Source: Eledone cirrhosa (Eukaryota). From it: a DNA stretch of 64,000 nucleotides. Made by a program: the position numbers and the translations under genes. The DNA lies in NCBI GenBank assembly GCA_964016885.1, contig OZ024746.1:13330001-13394000 (forward strand), given 5' to 3'. Position 1 is the stretch's first letter; each line of letters starts with the position of its first letter. This document shows positions 1 to 12,207 of the stretch, piece after piece. Below the pieces are notes generated by a model. The model made no database searches and was not told the origin of the DNA. It saw only the letters and a program-made list of their open reading frames with translations.

Positions 1-100
1 ATAAAGTGTCTTGCTCAAGGACTCAAATGGGCATCTTCATCCAGTAACTGAACCTATGACTTTATGATTGTGAGTCCAACACCTTAACCACTAGGCTGCA
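1..100 (-). mobile_element. 5' part of a CORE-type SINE
   Basis: ATAAAGTGTCTTGCTCAAGG and TAACCACTAGGC match the reverse complement of the 38392 family. Confidence 0.75.
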
Positions 101-261
101 CACTTTTAGAGACAAAATAAGATCAAATAAAATAGTTATTTTTTGTTTGAACTCTTCTTACAAAAAAAACAACTTTAAATTTGTTTTCTGAAATTTATAA
201 TAGCATAAATCTTTCATCATTGTCTTCAAGTGAAAAAAAAATCAATGTTTCAAATACTTAC

Positions 262-405
262 CAGTAGTTTGGTTGTTAATTACAAGACCTTTGTGATCTC
301 CACCACCAACATGAGCTACTTTCTGATCTTCAAATGTTAACCGTTTTTTCCTTTCAATTTTTATATGAGTGGCTTTTCCTTTTTTGGTAGGAGTCATAAC
401 AATAT
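262..405 (-). CDS. Internal coding exon (144 nt, phase 1-1) of an unidentified minus-strand gene: xIVMTPTKKGKATHIKIERKKRLTFEDQKVAHVGGGDHKGLVINNQTT; the gene continues beyond the window start
   Basis: Minus strand: pyrimidine-rich acceptor ttcttttAG (406-407), donor G|GTAAGT (256-261), open frame, length divisible by 3. The peptide has a TPxKK site, IKIE (SUMO consensus) and RKKR (NLS-like). No family recognised. Confidence 0.7.
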
Positions 406-1200
406 CTAAAAGAAATAACAAAAAACACATTTTAAATCCCTTGATTCAACAATAACTGTCAGTAAATATCTAAAAATAAGATTAAAATAAATATATGTTG
501 ATAAGAAATGGTAGTACTTAGATTTAACCAAAAAGATTTCATGCTAGTATACAGAATTTTAATAAATTAATATTTTCTCATGAGAAAAATACATAGTAAA
601 TTCTACCCCTTAATATCATCCAAGTCAATAGTGTAATTATTTCAAGTAGAGAATATTAACCTGCTTTTGATACTAAACTGTCTAAAACTTAAACTGTCCA
701 TCATAATTTCATGTAAGTTAATATTGTTATGTTTCAAACACCAACTTAAAAATAAAAACGTTATCTTACTAAGTCCCACAAAATTCTTTCAAAATTAATT
801 GAAAATCATAGGAAGTATATTTCATTAAAAATATAGTAATGAAAAGGTTAGGTGATACAATTTTTTTCAACATAATAAAAACGATTCTAGATAACAACAA
901 AAACTAAAAAGCAAGAAGGGAGTAAATATGTATAAACATCCTGTTACCTACAAACCTTATTGCAAGAAATCAGTGCTGTAGATGGAATTAGTATTTTATC
1001 TGCTGCACTTAGTATTAGCATAGTGTCAAAATATCCAATTAGTCAGTGGAAATTAAGAAAACCTGATGCATTTCTGAAAATGTCAAAGACTTCTGGGATT
1101 TTTTTTAAAGGTGGAGAAGAAATAATGTTAAGAATACTATATATTTGTTTCAACATGTTGGTGATAAAAAGAGCATTCTGCTGTAGAAATAATGTTAAAC

Positions 1201-1843
1201 AAAGGGCTGAGAAGAACTCTTCAGTTATGTCAGTGACATAACAACCTCTCTAGTGTTGATGACATGATGAGACACACTGAAAGGGCTGAGAAGAACTCTT
1301 CAGTTATGTCAGTGACATAACAACCTCTCTAGTGTTGATGACATGATGAGACACACTGAAAGGGCTGAGAGGAACTCTTCAGTTGTGTCAGTGACATAAC
1401 AACCTCTCTAGTGATGGTGACATGATGAGACACACTGAAAGGGTGGAGAGGAACTCTTCAGTTGTGTCAGTGACATAACAACCTCTCTAGTGATGGTGAC
1501 ATGATGAGACACACTCAGTACACAGTGTAAAGTGGTTGGGTGATAGGGAAAGTATCCAACAGTAAAAAAAATGCCAAACAACGAGTTGAGAGAGTTCTTT
1601 GGTTGTGTCAGAGATATGACAACCTCTCTGGTGTGGGTGCCATGAAAATATAGGGGGGGGGTAAGTGATGGTGACATGATGAGACACACTCAGTACACAG
1701 TGTAAAGTGGTTGGGTGATAGGGAAAGTATCCAACAGTAAAAAAAATGCCAAACAACGAGTTGAGAGAGTTCTTTGCTTGTGTCAGAGATATGACAACCT
1801 CTCTGGTGTGGGTGCCATGAAAATATAGGGGGGGGGGGGTAGT
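1201..1843 (+). repeat. Tandem array of 4 x 79-bp units (1201-1515) then 2 x ~175-bp units (1490-1843), derived from a LINE 3'UTR whose tail ends near 1983
   Basis: Units start at 1201, 1280, 1359, 1438; longer units at 1490 and 1665; tail GGACATTAAATGGAGGTGGTGATGG. Confidence 0.85.
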
Positions 1844-4361
1844 GAGATATGGCCTCCAGCCCATCTGTGAAATTAGTAGCTTCAATAGCTACAATTAAAT
1901 ATTGACTTGATCTCTGATGACCCATCTAACACTTGCTAGCAGGGAGAATGGACATTAAATGGAGGTGGTGATGGTGGTGGTGATGCATTATTAGAATGAC
2001 AAACTACAAGACTACAACAGCATTTGCACTGAAACTTACAAATCCTCATACATTTCTTCTTACATTGACAACTTGGCAACAGGCCAGTGCAAATAACATG
2101 TCTAAAGAAACTTGGTGAACATAAGCACTATCATCAAAAACTATTTACTATTCTAAAAGACAAATCCAAGTACAGCTATACAGCTGTCTTTCAGCAACTG
2201 TACTAAATCACTTAATACTATTAAAGAATACTTTGGCACTAGTGTTAATGGAAATAACTATCATAAACATGTAATTTTCCATAAATTAAATTTATATATG
2301 AAAACCAAAAAGTGTAATTTCATATCATAGTATTTTCAACTATTTTTTCAATTGTTTCCACTGCTTTTGTTCCACTGGCTAATCATGTCCCAGAAAATGG
2401 CATAGAATGTATAATTATTGCTGTTGAATTATTAATATTACATCAAGACTCTTGTTTTTAAATCTCTAATTTTCAGAAATGTTTACACTAACCAAAATGT
2501 AATTTTGTATAAATTTAATTTATATATAAATTTTTTTTTAATGCTCAAATTGATGAGTTATTATTTATAAGTAAATATATCTATTAAGTTAGACATGACC
2601 TGGGTCAATACTGGCCGAAACCTATCAAAGTTATCATATAAATCTACTTCCTTACTTTCACATATAAAAAATAATCAATGTTCCAAAATAAAATATATTT
2701 GCTATTATTTTAGTGGAAAACAGAAGTCTAAACTCAGTTGTTCTTCTATTATCCAGCTGTCTTATTTGTCTCAATAGAGTCAAAACACCACACCATCATT
2801 TGAAAATATGGGAGTCCCAAATGAAGAAAGTAACTGTAATAATAGTTGATTACGATAGAGGGAATTGAGCAAATTATTCTTCGAGGCAGAAAAAGGTGGA
2901 CAGAAGCACCTCTATCCACTTGTTCCACCTCCAGGAGTAATTTACTTCATTTCCTTAACTATTATCTGTAATGGCTGGCTTTTATTACAGCTATTTTTTG
3001 TGTTTGGACTCTTGCATTTTCAAATGTCAAACACTCTCAGCGCTTCAATAATTCATAAGGTTTGACCACACCATTATATCTATATCTGTCATCACCAGAA
3101 GGATGACTGTTTTCAGAGCTTCAGAGAATGACAGAATGGCAGGAGGGATGATGAAGGTATCCCCAAACCAGAGAGGTAACCTGAATACTTACAGCTGAGG
3201 ATTCTGCTAAAGGAACACAAGGGTCAGTTGGTGGTATTAAACTAAGTTCAGATTTTCTACTACCCAAGTAAACCACAAGATTTTAATTTAGAAGGCAAAT
3301 AGCCAAAACAAAAATCACAAGCTTATTGTTTAATTCTCTAGCAAAAATAGACAAAATTGAATTCAAAGGAAGGAATAAAATTAAGAACAGTTGAATAGAT
3401 TTATCAACTGAAATTTGAATCAAATAATTGATTCACAAAATTTAAATTTTTCAAAAAGTAAAAGTTATTACAATGAAAATTTTAATAAAGAATAAATGAT
3501 ATGCATATAACACTCATTGAAAATAAGCTCAAGTTATAAATATCAGAAAAGATAATATAAAATTAAAATTTTATATCAAAAACCTATAAAAAACAATAAA
3601 TCTATAGAAACAACCATTCGATAGAAACAGTTTCTATAGTTTAATAAGAGATTTCAGTAAAGGAATAATTTCCAACAAACAAAATGTATTAAAAACACAA
3701 AAAAAAAAACATCAACAGGGTTAATTGATATTAAAATATCAACATAAACTTCCACAATAATTTCAAACCATTAAAATATCTAAAACATCACAACAATATA
3801 ATAAATAGATTTACTGAAGATAGAATGCATAACAGAAAAAACAAATGTAAAAGATGAAGTGAAAATTTTAATTTCTGCAACTAAATTTATATCTACCAAA
3901 GTCTTGCATGAGAAGCTAGCAATGACATTTTTCAAGACAATTTTACTCAATCAAACAAAACAAATGTAACTGAATTAAAATTGAAAAGAAATTGGTCATG
4001 CTACAAATGCAGTTCTGAGAATAACTATGATAAAATTCTAAATAAAAATATTATGCACATTACTTTTGATGGTGTTTGATCGTTTGAATGATCGTATTTT
4101 TTTTTGTTGTTTTTTTTAGTGCTGTATGATTTAAGGTTCAGTGTGTGTTTGTGTATAGATGCACACATGCATCAGATCATAGATGCACACATGCATCAGG
4201 AGATAACATTCCATTGCAATGAGGAAATAAAATCGAGACAGACACACAGGAGAAAATAGAACTGTTGATTTCCTTTGAGAACTACACAGAAATTCCAAGA
4301 ACAACACATCACTTCAAAAAATCAAAACAATATCAAACAGCAGATTGAATGAAATACTTAC

Positions 4362-4376
4362 AGTCCATATTAGAAT
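4362..4376 (-). CDS. 15-nt coding microexon (phase 1-1, D-S-N-M-D)
   Basis: Minus strand reads tttattctcttcAG|ATTCTAATATGGACT|GTAAGT: strong acceptor and consensus donor. It preserves frame and phase between the 13504 exon and the 262-405 exon. Confidence 0.6.
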
Positions 4377-5154
4377 CTGAAGAGAATAAATAGATGATCA
4401 GTACACAAGTGACAATATAATGAGACAAACTACTTTACAAATAGTCCTTTACAATACTAGTGTTATATGACTTGTATCATTGTATCAATAATATTGAATT
4501 GGTGCCTAATCAATGTGATATTCAATGATTGCTACTTCATTATCATCTTTTTACAACTATTTTGACTTGGACATGTTTAGCATTTACATTACTCTATATA
4601 TGCTATTGTATTTTCGTGGTAAAGGCTTTACCTCATATGATTATCTCACATAATATCAAATCTATGAGATTTTGATGTTATTTAATTTAAGAACAATACC
4701 TTAACATCAATATCAGAGGCCAGTTATGGCCGGTTTGAATAGAAAGAGGTGAGAGAATTCTGGTCGAATAAGATCGGTCCAGGAATCAAACTCACAGCCT
4801 CACGTTTATGAATCCGATTTTCTAACCACTCAGCCACGCCATTAGTTTCTGACTTTATTTAATAGAATGCAACAACAAAAAGCACCCAGTCCACCCTGTA
4901 AGGTGCAAGTACATGCTTTAAAGTTGTTGACATTAAGAAGGGCATCTGGCCATAGAAACCAAGCCAAAAGCAGAATCTATAAACAAGACCTAATCATCTG
5001 ATCTATCTAAACTTAGAACATGAAAGCTTGTCTAACCCATACAAGCATAGAAAATAGACATTAAATGATGAGCATGATGATTCAAAATAAAATCCCAACA
5101 CTAAATAGAATATTCTTTCTCCAAGTGAGTATGTGTATGTGTATATATATATAT

Positions 5155-5670
5155 ATATTGTTATACTTTGGGAGGGTCATGTTGCCAATAAGAAACACAT
5201 GCACCAGTTGCTTTCACTTCAATTTATTATAATAAATTTATAAATTTAGGAATTTATAAATTTCTGGTTGGTTGGTTGGTTCCACAACCAGATGGTTGTT
5301 TATATATTGTCAAAGTTCTTTCGTCACACATTCTGTGACCTCTTCAGTGACTGGGGATTCTTTTCTTTGTTTTTGTGCCTCTCCTTTGTTCTGTCCTACG
5401 CCATCTTGTTTCCCCAGTCACTGAAGAGGTCACAGAATGTGTGACGAAAGAACTTTGACAATATATAAACAACCATCTGGTTGTGGAACCAATCAACCAA
5501 CCAGAAATTTATAAATTCTTAAATTTATAAATTTATTATAATAAATTGAAGTGAAACAACTGGTGCGTATGTTTCTTATTGGCAACATGACCCTCCCAAA
5601 GTATAACAATATCGGTTTCAACACAACATTTTCAGATAAAGAATCTTGCTAAACAAATTCAGAAACGAAA
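5155..5670 (+). mobile_element. Fold-back element 1 (Penelope-like pLTR architecture): arms 5155-5357 and 5411-5612, unique tail to 5670
   Basis: ~200-bp near-perfect inverted repeat between (TA)n runs; each arm has a hammerhead-like motif. Confidence 0.8.
5417..5459 (+). ncRNA. Minimal hammerhead motif; mirror copy at 5309-5351 on the minus strand
   Basis: GTCA-CTGAAGA-g[GTCACA gaatg TGTGAC]-GAAA-GAAC-TT-TGAC: 4-bp stem I, 6-bp stem II, vestigial stem III as in Penelope minimal hammerheads. Confidence 0.62.
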
Positions 5671-5786
5671 TATATATATATATATATATAGATGAAGTAT
5701 TTCCGTAGGAAAGGTAAAGGAAAAGAGAGTGCTCTATGTAGGCTACAGAGCTTTTTAGTTCTGTAATAGACAACATAAGATAATTA

Positions 5787-5850
5787 ATTCATTTACCAGT
5801 GGTTTCTTGAAGACAGATATTTATATCTGTCTTCAGTCGTCAGAATGAAT
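5787..5850 (-). ncRNA. Type I hammerhead ribozyme motif (mirror copy, sense to the predicted host pre-mRNA)
   Basis: Reverse complement of 6193-6256. Confidence 0.8.
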
Positions 5851-6192
5851 AACATGGAATGTTTATTAAATATGGATTTGAAAACAAGATTTAGGAAATA
5901 TAAAAGTGAGGCTGAAATCAAATAACGGGCAAAAAATTGTGTGAGCAAAAGATCACACGTTTATATGTGTGTGTTCATATTTCCATGTAGATGCACATAC
6001 ACTTATGTGAGAATGTATACGTTTACGTACTATTACGTGTAAGCGTGTGTTTGAGTGTGTGTATGTTTATGTTCTGGATATTTATTTATATATTTTTTCC
6101 CCTCAATTTTTTGCCCATTATTTGATTTCAGCCTCACTTTCATATTTCCTAAATTTTGTTTTCAAATCCATATTTAATAAACATTCCATGTT

Positions 6193-6256
6193 ATTCATTC
6201 TGACGACTGAAGACAGATATAAATATCTGTCTTCAAGAAACCACTGGTAAATGAAT
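6193..6256 (+). ncRNA. Type I hammerhead ribozyme motif
   Basis: ATTCATT-CTGACGA-c[TGAAGACAGATAT aa ATATCTGTCTTCA]a-GAAA-CC act GG-TA-AATGAAT: 7-bp stem I, long stem II (closing pair is a C-A mismatch), short stem III, GUA cleavage triplet. Confidence 0.8.
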
Positions 6257-6301
6257 TAATTATCTTATGTTGTTTATTACATAACTATATATATATATAT
6301 A

Positions 6302-6669
6302 TAAAATATGTAGTTTAGAAAGCCACACCAATGCAGATGGGAAATCTCGAGGTAGGAAGTGAGTGAGAAATAGGAGAAAAGTGAAAATTGAGAGAAACGA
6401 AAATGAAAACAAAACAAAGGTAGAAGGGTTACCGTAGTGGAGATTTAATCCCAATATTTCGGGCTCACGCCCATCAACGGGGGGAAAGTTCCAAAAGGGG
6501 GGGAACAGGCTAAGCCGGAGAAAGTTGTATTGTCGTTAAAACATAGGAATGCCGTTCTCCTATTTCTCACTCACTTCCTACCTCGAGATTTCCCATCTGC
6601 ATTGTTGTGGCTTTCTAAACTACATATTTTACACATTTCACAATGCTTCAAGCAAACTTTAACACCCTC
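6302..6669 (+). mobile_element. Fold-back element 3 (Penelope-like): arms 6302-6378 and 6555-6630, tail to 6669
   Basis: ~77-bp inverted repeat between (TA)n runs; degenerate hammerhead-like motif in the spacer (minus strand). Confidence 0.7.
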
Positions 6670-6700
<31 letters not shown>

Positions 6701-9700
6701 AGAGATCAGTGCATACAAGATCTCAGAACAAAGCTTAAGAAATTGTATTTGACATCTAATGTTAATCAAACTACCTGATTGTGACAAAGCACAAGAAGCA
6801 TATAATAAAATTCTATGTGTTCTATAACCTTTATAATCTGGAATATATAATCTATATATCATTTATGAGGTTAGTAAAATATATTACTGAAAAACAAAAG
6901 AGAAAGCTTTTATACCAAACCAAATTGAACATGAGATTGAATCAGATATTGGAAAAAAACAATAGATGTATGTAGAAAAAAAGACCAAAAATAATTGACT
7001 TTTCACAAATAGGTTAAAAGTAACAATTTTATAGTTGTTTTTTTAGTGTTTCTTGTTGCTGATATTAGTCTTGATATCTTTACAGTCTCGAAAGATTTAT
7101 AAATTATCTATCATAATTAAAAAAGGTTATAGAATACATATAATTTAATTATGTGCTTAATTTGATTAGATGCTGTCAAGAAAGCTAATCAAAAACGTTC
7201 TTCTTAATGTACTTTGTATCTTACCACCTTTGTGTGGCTGATAATAAAACACAAAAAGCAAAAAGAAATAACTTTTGAAAAGTTTGACACTAGGAAGCAC
7301 AGAATTAAATTTTAGCTTTTTAATCTCAAAAGTATCAAAAAGATCACTTAAAAAGTCGCTTCTTCCCATCACCTAAAACTACATGCTTCCAGTGACAACA
7401 ATTATAGGAAGAGATAAAATAAAGATATTGTGAGAGAGTACTTAGAATTTCAACGCTACTTGCTGAAACTTCATGTTGATTTTAAAAGCATTTTTATAAC
7501 ACTTTTGTGAAGCAATTTACAAATCAATTTACTTCAGGATGCCTGCACTCAGTATACAAAAACTATAAACAGTTGCACTCATTTCATTCAGGAAAATACA
7601 TTCATAATAACCAGTTTTAATACTCTTTAACATATATATGACAACCAATATTTTCCCCTATTTGTTTGCTATGCTAGTATAAAATGAATTGATTATACCT
7701 GAATAATAAAATGTTTTCTATGGTTTTATGGTAGATAATTCCAATTAATTGATTTAAGTTAGTTGCCATGCTCTGTGAGCAAACTGCACATTACTCAGTT
7801 TACTTTAGAATCGTCCTAGTTACCTAACAGATACTACTTATATTTCGCTATTGAAGATTTGGCAACAACAAAGGCATACAACTTGCTACAACAATATGAA
7901 ACTTACAAATATTTTTTTTTTTTTAAATCTATTCTAACATTGTAAAAATGGCTGTAAAATAACAATAGTAATATCTTTACAAGCTACACTCTTCATTTTC
8001 TTTGCCCACTTATTCCTGAGAGGTTGTGGGGGAAGAGTCTTCAAACATTCTTTCCAGCAGGTCCTGTCAGAAGCAACTGTTTCCAAGTGATCTAGCTGGA
8101 TCCCCAAATGAGACCAGCCAAGCTCATGGATGTTACCCAACCACCCTGCTCAGGGTCTATTTGAAGAAAAACTATAACTCTATTTACTGATCAACATTCT
8201 ATATTTATTTGTTTTAGAGTAGCTGTTTGTTCTGAAAACAAAATAAAAAAGCAGTATTTTAACACCAGAGATTAGTTCCTTGCCATGAATTCCACAGAAA
8301 CCAATTTTACATTTGTTTATACATAAATCAGCACAGAGGACTGACTTACAAAAACATGTCTTTCATTAAAGTGCTGCTGTCTACAATTTCAAATAATGGT
8401 GCAGCTTTTAAATAGATACTCATAATGTCTTGTTACAACAGGAAGTAATTTTGGACTTTTGTCACTTCTAACGATCAGTGTTCCAGTTGATTTGACTAAC
8501 AGAACAGCCTGCTCATGAAATTATCATGTAAGTGGCTGAGTATTCCCCAGATATGTGTACCCTTAATGCAGTTCTTAACTGTCTTCACAGCAAGAATAAG
8601 TATGTTTACATACACATAATAGATTAATAGATTCAGAAATCTAAATATTTCAAAACAGTAAAACAAACACACACACACACATATATATATCCGAAGAACG
8701 GACATAAAACGGTGATGATGATGATATATATTTATATATATATATATATATGAAAAAGAAAAAGGTGGATTCAATCAATTGCCAAATATTGACTTTTACT
8801 AAATTTTTAAATGCAGCATTGCCAGGGAGATATATACAGACCCAATAGTCTAATATTTACTCTAATCTTATAATCAAATTTACTTTCAGAAATAAATACA
8901 AGGAGTATAAAAAGAATTGATTTATTCATTACACTGAAAAGAAAAAAGCAAGGAAAATAGTTAAATAAATGATAAAGCTTTCATATCAGTAAGTTATCAG
9001 TTTATTATTATTTATTAAATCCATCCAAAAATGTGTCAAGACCTGAAGAACCACTGACCTATTTTAATTCTTCTGTTTCAATTCATTCTCTAAATAGTTC
9101 TATACCAACCTAAAGTGTCAACTGTTATACAAGCAAGATATATTGGCTATTTGTAACTATTCTTTCAAATACTGTAATAGTTTACAGGTCAAGTCAATAA
9201 AACCATTTCTCAAATATAAGCAAGTTTATCAAGGATTATGTGTTTTTGTATACTTCCTCAAGTCAATATTACCATTTCTCAGACATAAGCAAGTCTATGG
9301 TGGATTATTTGGTGTTGTGTACTTCCTCCTAGATAGAATTATAGACTTGTTAACTTACATAACTGTCAACAGAAATTCTTAAAATAATAAAAGGAATAAC
9401 TGATTTAATATTTGTACGAAAGAAGAAAGGAGAAGAAATAAGTAAATAAATGTTAGATTTTTTCATTTCTCTTCGGTAAATAGACATTATATGAGAAGTA
9501 AACAAACCATTATGTAATAAGTAGCAAAAAGTAGTTGTGACTGAGAGATTGATTACAACTACCATAAATAACAACTGCAAGTAATGTAGCATAAACCAGT
9601 GCAAGTTGCAGCCTTTACACAAGTGAGGAAGAGTAAATGGAGAAGTTCATAATATAGGTTAATTATCAGAACAAAATCTACTAAAAATATCAAAAGACTA

Positions 9701-10747
9701 TCAGGTTGAAGAATAAGATATAGTTATTGCCAAATTAGGAGAGTGTAAAAGGACAAGAGAAGTTGGTACAGAGAAATAGAAAGAAAACAGAATGAGAGAA
9801 AAATATTCTAAAAAGATTTAATAGAAATAGCAAAGAAATGGAATGAATAAATATGAAAAGCCTTTAGTTGTAGGAAAAAATGGAAGAAAAACTATGAAAA
9901 AAACTAAGAGAAAGGTAGAGAGTACAAGAAGTAATGGTGAAGTTGAGATGGAAGCCATCATTCCATGTTTAATCATATGAGAGAAAAAGAAGAGGAAGAG
10001 AGAGTGAGAAGAAGTCTGGAAAGTTCAGTATATAATACTAAGATGACACATGTCAACTATGAAGAGAAAACAGCATGATAGAATTCATATGGTGTTCTTT
10101 TTTCATGTAAGTACACTGTGTTAGAAGCAAAGCTAAATAAACAGAAACCTAACAATTTCTTTTGATGAAGTTCTTAATTCTAGTTATTCCAGATTATATT
10201 CAGTTTTTAAATGAAACATTTTAAACATCTGTTTCCTTCATATTTATGCTTCTATCCTTACATGGTGTAGAGAATCTGGAGAAATGGCATCTGCAAATGA
10301 AGTTTATAATGGTAGTTTTTTAGTATTTTAGAATATAAACTTCATGTTCTATTCTATATTAAACACTGAGTGGAAAGAGAAAGTGTGAATATATAAAAAA
10401 ATAATGTTTCATAATCTCCACATATATGTGAAGCCATAGTTGCTTGGTTTAAGAAGTTTGTAATGTTATATAACCATGTGATTCCATCACCACGCCTGCA
10501 TAACGAGGAATGGCATCAGATCAATCCACATTTAATTGCCTACTGCTAACTACCATTCTCTCTCTCTCTCACACACACAAGACTTGACATTTACCACTCT
10601 CACTTACAATCATCCATACATGTTGATATCCATCACTTTCATTCATATGCAATATATCACACCCTACATCATTCTGTCTCCCCATGGGACTTTTAGTTGA
10701 CTCTCACCACTCTCGCCATCAAACTTGCCTGTTGCTATCCACCACTA

Positions 10748-10788
<41 letters not shown>

Positions 10789-11319
10789 ATGACATAGCCC
10801 TCTTTGCTATCCCATCACATTGTCCAAACTGTTTTCTACTCAACCAACAACCAGAATTGAAACCTCTTCCTCCATTACCATGCTATCTCACTGTTTCCCT
10901 CTTCACACTCATGTTCATACACTCCCCTCTGATCTAACCAGTCTCTTGGGCACATTTGCTTTGAAAGAACTGAGATGACATAGAATGGAGAGGACTCTTT
11001 GACCTTCTAAGGAGCAAAGCAAATACTCTAGTGTTGGTGTCACATTAAAATGAACCCAGTGTGAGTATTATTAGAACCTAGCAATTTTTAGTGACATTAA
11101 ATTTATTAACCCTTTTGTGACCATATTTCTAATAATATACAGCTTTTGTGTTTAATTTAATAACAAATACTTAACTGCTTAAATCTAATATTATCTATCA
11201 TGTAATAATGAGATTTTAGTCCAAGATTTGAATTTGAAAACTTTAATAGAGGTGAGATTCAGGTGGGTTGATGTTTTAGACACTTTTACAATCATTCAAT
11301 TAGTGATACAGGAAATAAT

Positions 11320-11530
11320 TACTGTATATACTCAAATATAAGTTGATCCGAATATAAGTTGACCTCCTATTTAATGTCTGAGAAATGGGCAAAAATACAA
11401 ACCTCATTTATAAACAGAGGCAGCTAATCAACACATTATGTTTCAATGGCAAATATAAGCTGACACCCCATTTTTACCATCAATTTTTTTTATCACAAAA
11501 TCCTCAACTTATATTCAAGTATATACAGTA
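11320..11530. mobile_element. Tc1/mariner-pogo-like MITE with ~25-bp TIRs and TA TSD
   Basis: TACTGTATATACTCAAATATAAGTTGA ... TCAACTTATATTCAAGTATATACAGTA. Confidence 0.78.
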
Positions 11531-11955
11531 TATATTCTAAAAATTTGGTACAGAGAAAACAGAAAAAATTGTACTCAACTATAAATGTTAATTAATTCCT
11601 TAGGAAAGGAAAAGAATTGAAACTAGTTAAATTTAAAATATTGCAAGAAAAAAAGTTGGTGGAGAATGGTAGTTGGAGCAAACAGACCAAGAATGTTGTT
11701 TTATCCTCATATTATAGTGTGGATATGATACAGGGGCTCAAACATTATATATGTTGTTATACAAAGAGAAATCAGAATCTAGATTTAACACTAACCCCTG
11801 TTATTTCTAATCAGTTAAATCAAGTGAAGTAACATCATCCACAACTGAACAGCTTACCCCTTTTTTGCCTGTAGTTGATCACATCTTACTCTAAAATTGG
11901 TAAAATCAATAGCTATAGTGAAATTGAAACCAAGATTAATCCTTTGAACACTTAA

Positions 11956-12207
11956 CCCTTTCGATACCAAACCACCTGAAACTGTCAATGGTTCTATCAT
12001 AAAAAGCTGCTTATTCTAAAGTGTTTATGTTTATCTAAAAACCTCCCATCATAATTTTATGAATGAACCTTTGTCAAGTTATGTTCCAGACTCCAGCTTA
12101 AAAGTAAGTTAGTTATATTAGTTAATCCCTCCAAATTCTTGATTATTTTCACAATGATTTGAACACTGTTGACAGTGTCTTTCATGAGAAATATGGTAAC
12201 AAAAGGG
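11956..12207. mobile_element. piggyBac-like MITE (TTAA TSD, CCCTTT termini); relatives near 656-850, 42940-43139, 45234-45433
   Basis: TTAA|CCCTTTCGATACCA ... TGGTAACAAAAGGG|TTAA. Confidence 0.75.

Larger units (their letters stand above)
5691..6285 (-). mobile_element. Fold-back element 2 (Penelope-like): arms 5762-5939 and 6104-6281, tail 5691-5761
   Basis: ~178-bp inverted repeat between (TA)n runs; each arm has a hammerhead motif. Confidence 0.8.

Noticed and set aside
1201-1515. CRISPR-like array
   Set aside because: Contiguous tandem units without unique spacers, eukaryotic context, no cas genes.
2040-2101. Possible 62-nt minus-strand exon
   Set aside because: Stops in two phases; the open phase does not fit the preferred gene model.
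3193-3206. Possible 14-nt (or 11-nt) minus-strand microexon, cctttAG|CAGAATCCTCAGCT|GTAAGT
   Set aside because: Splice signals are good but it shifts the MADPQE frame. It could be a poison exon; unsupported without RNA data.
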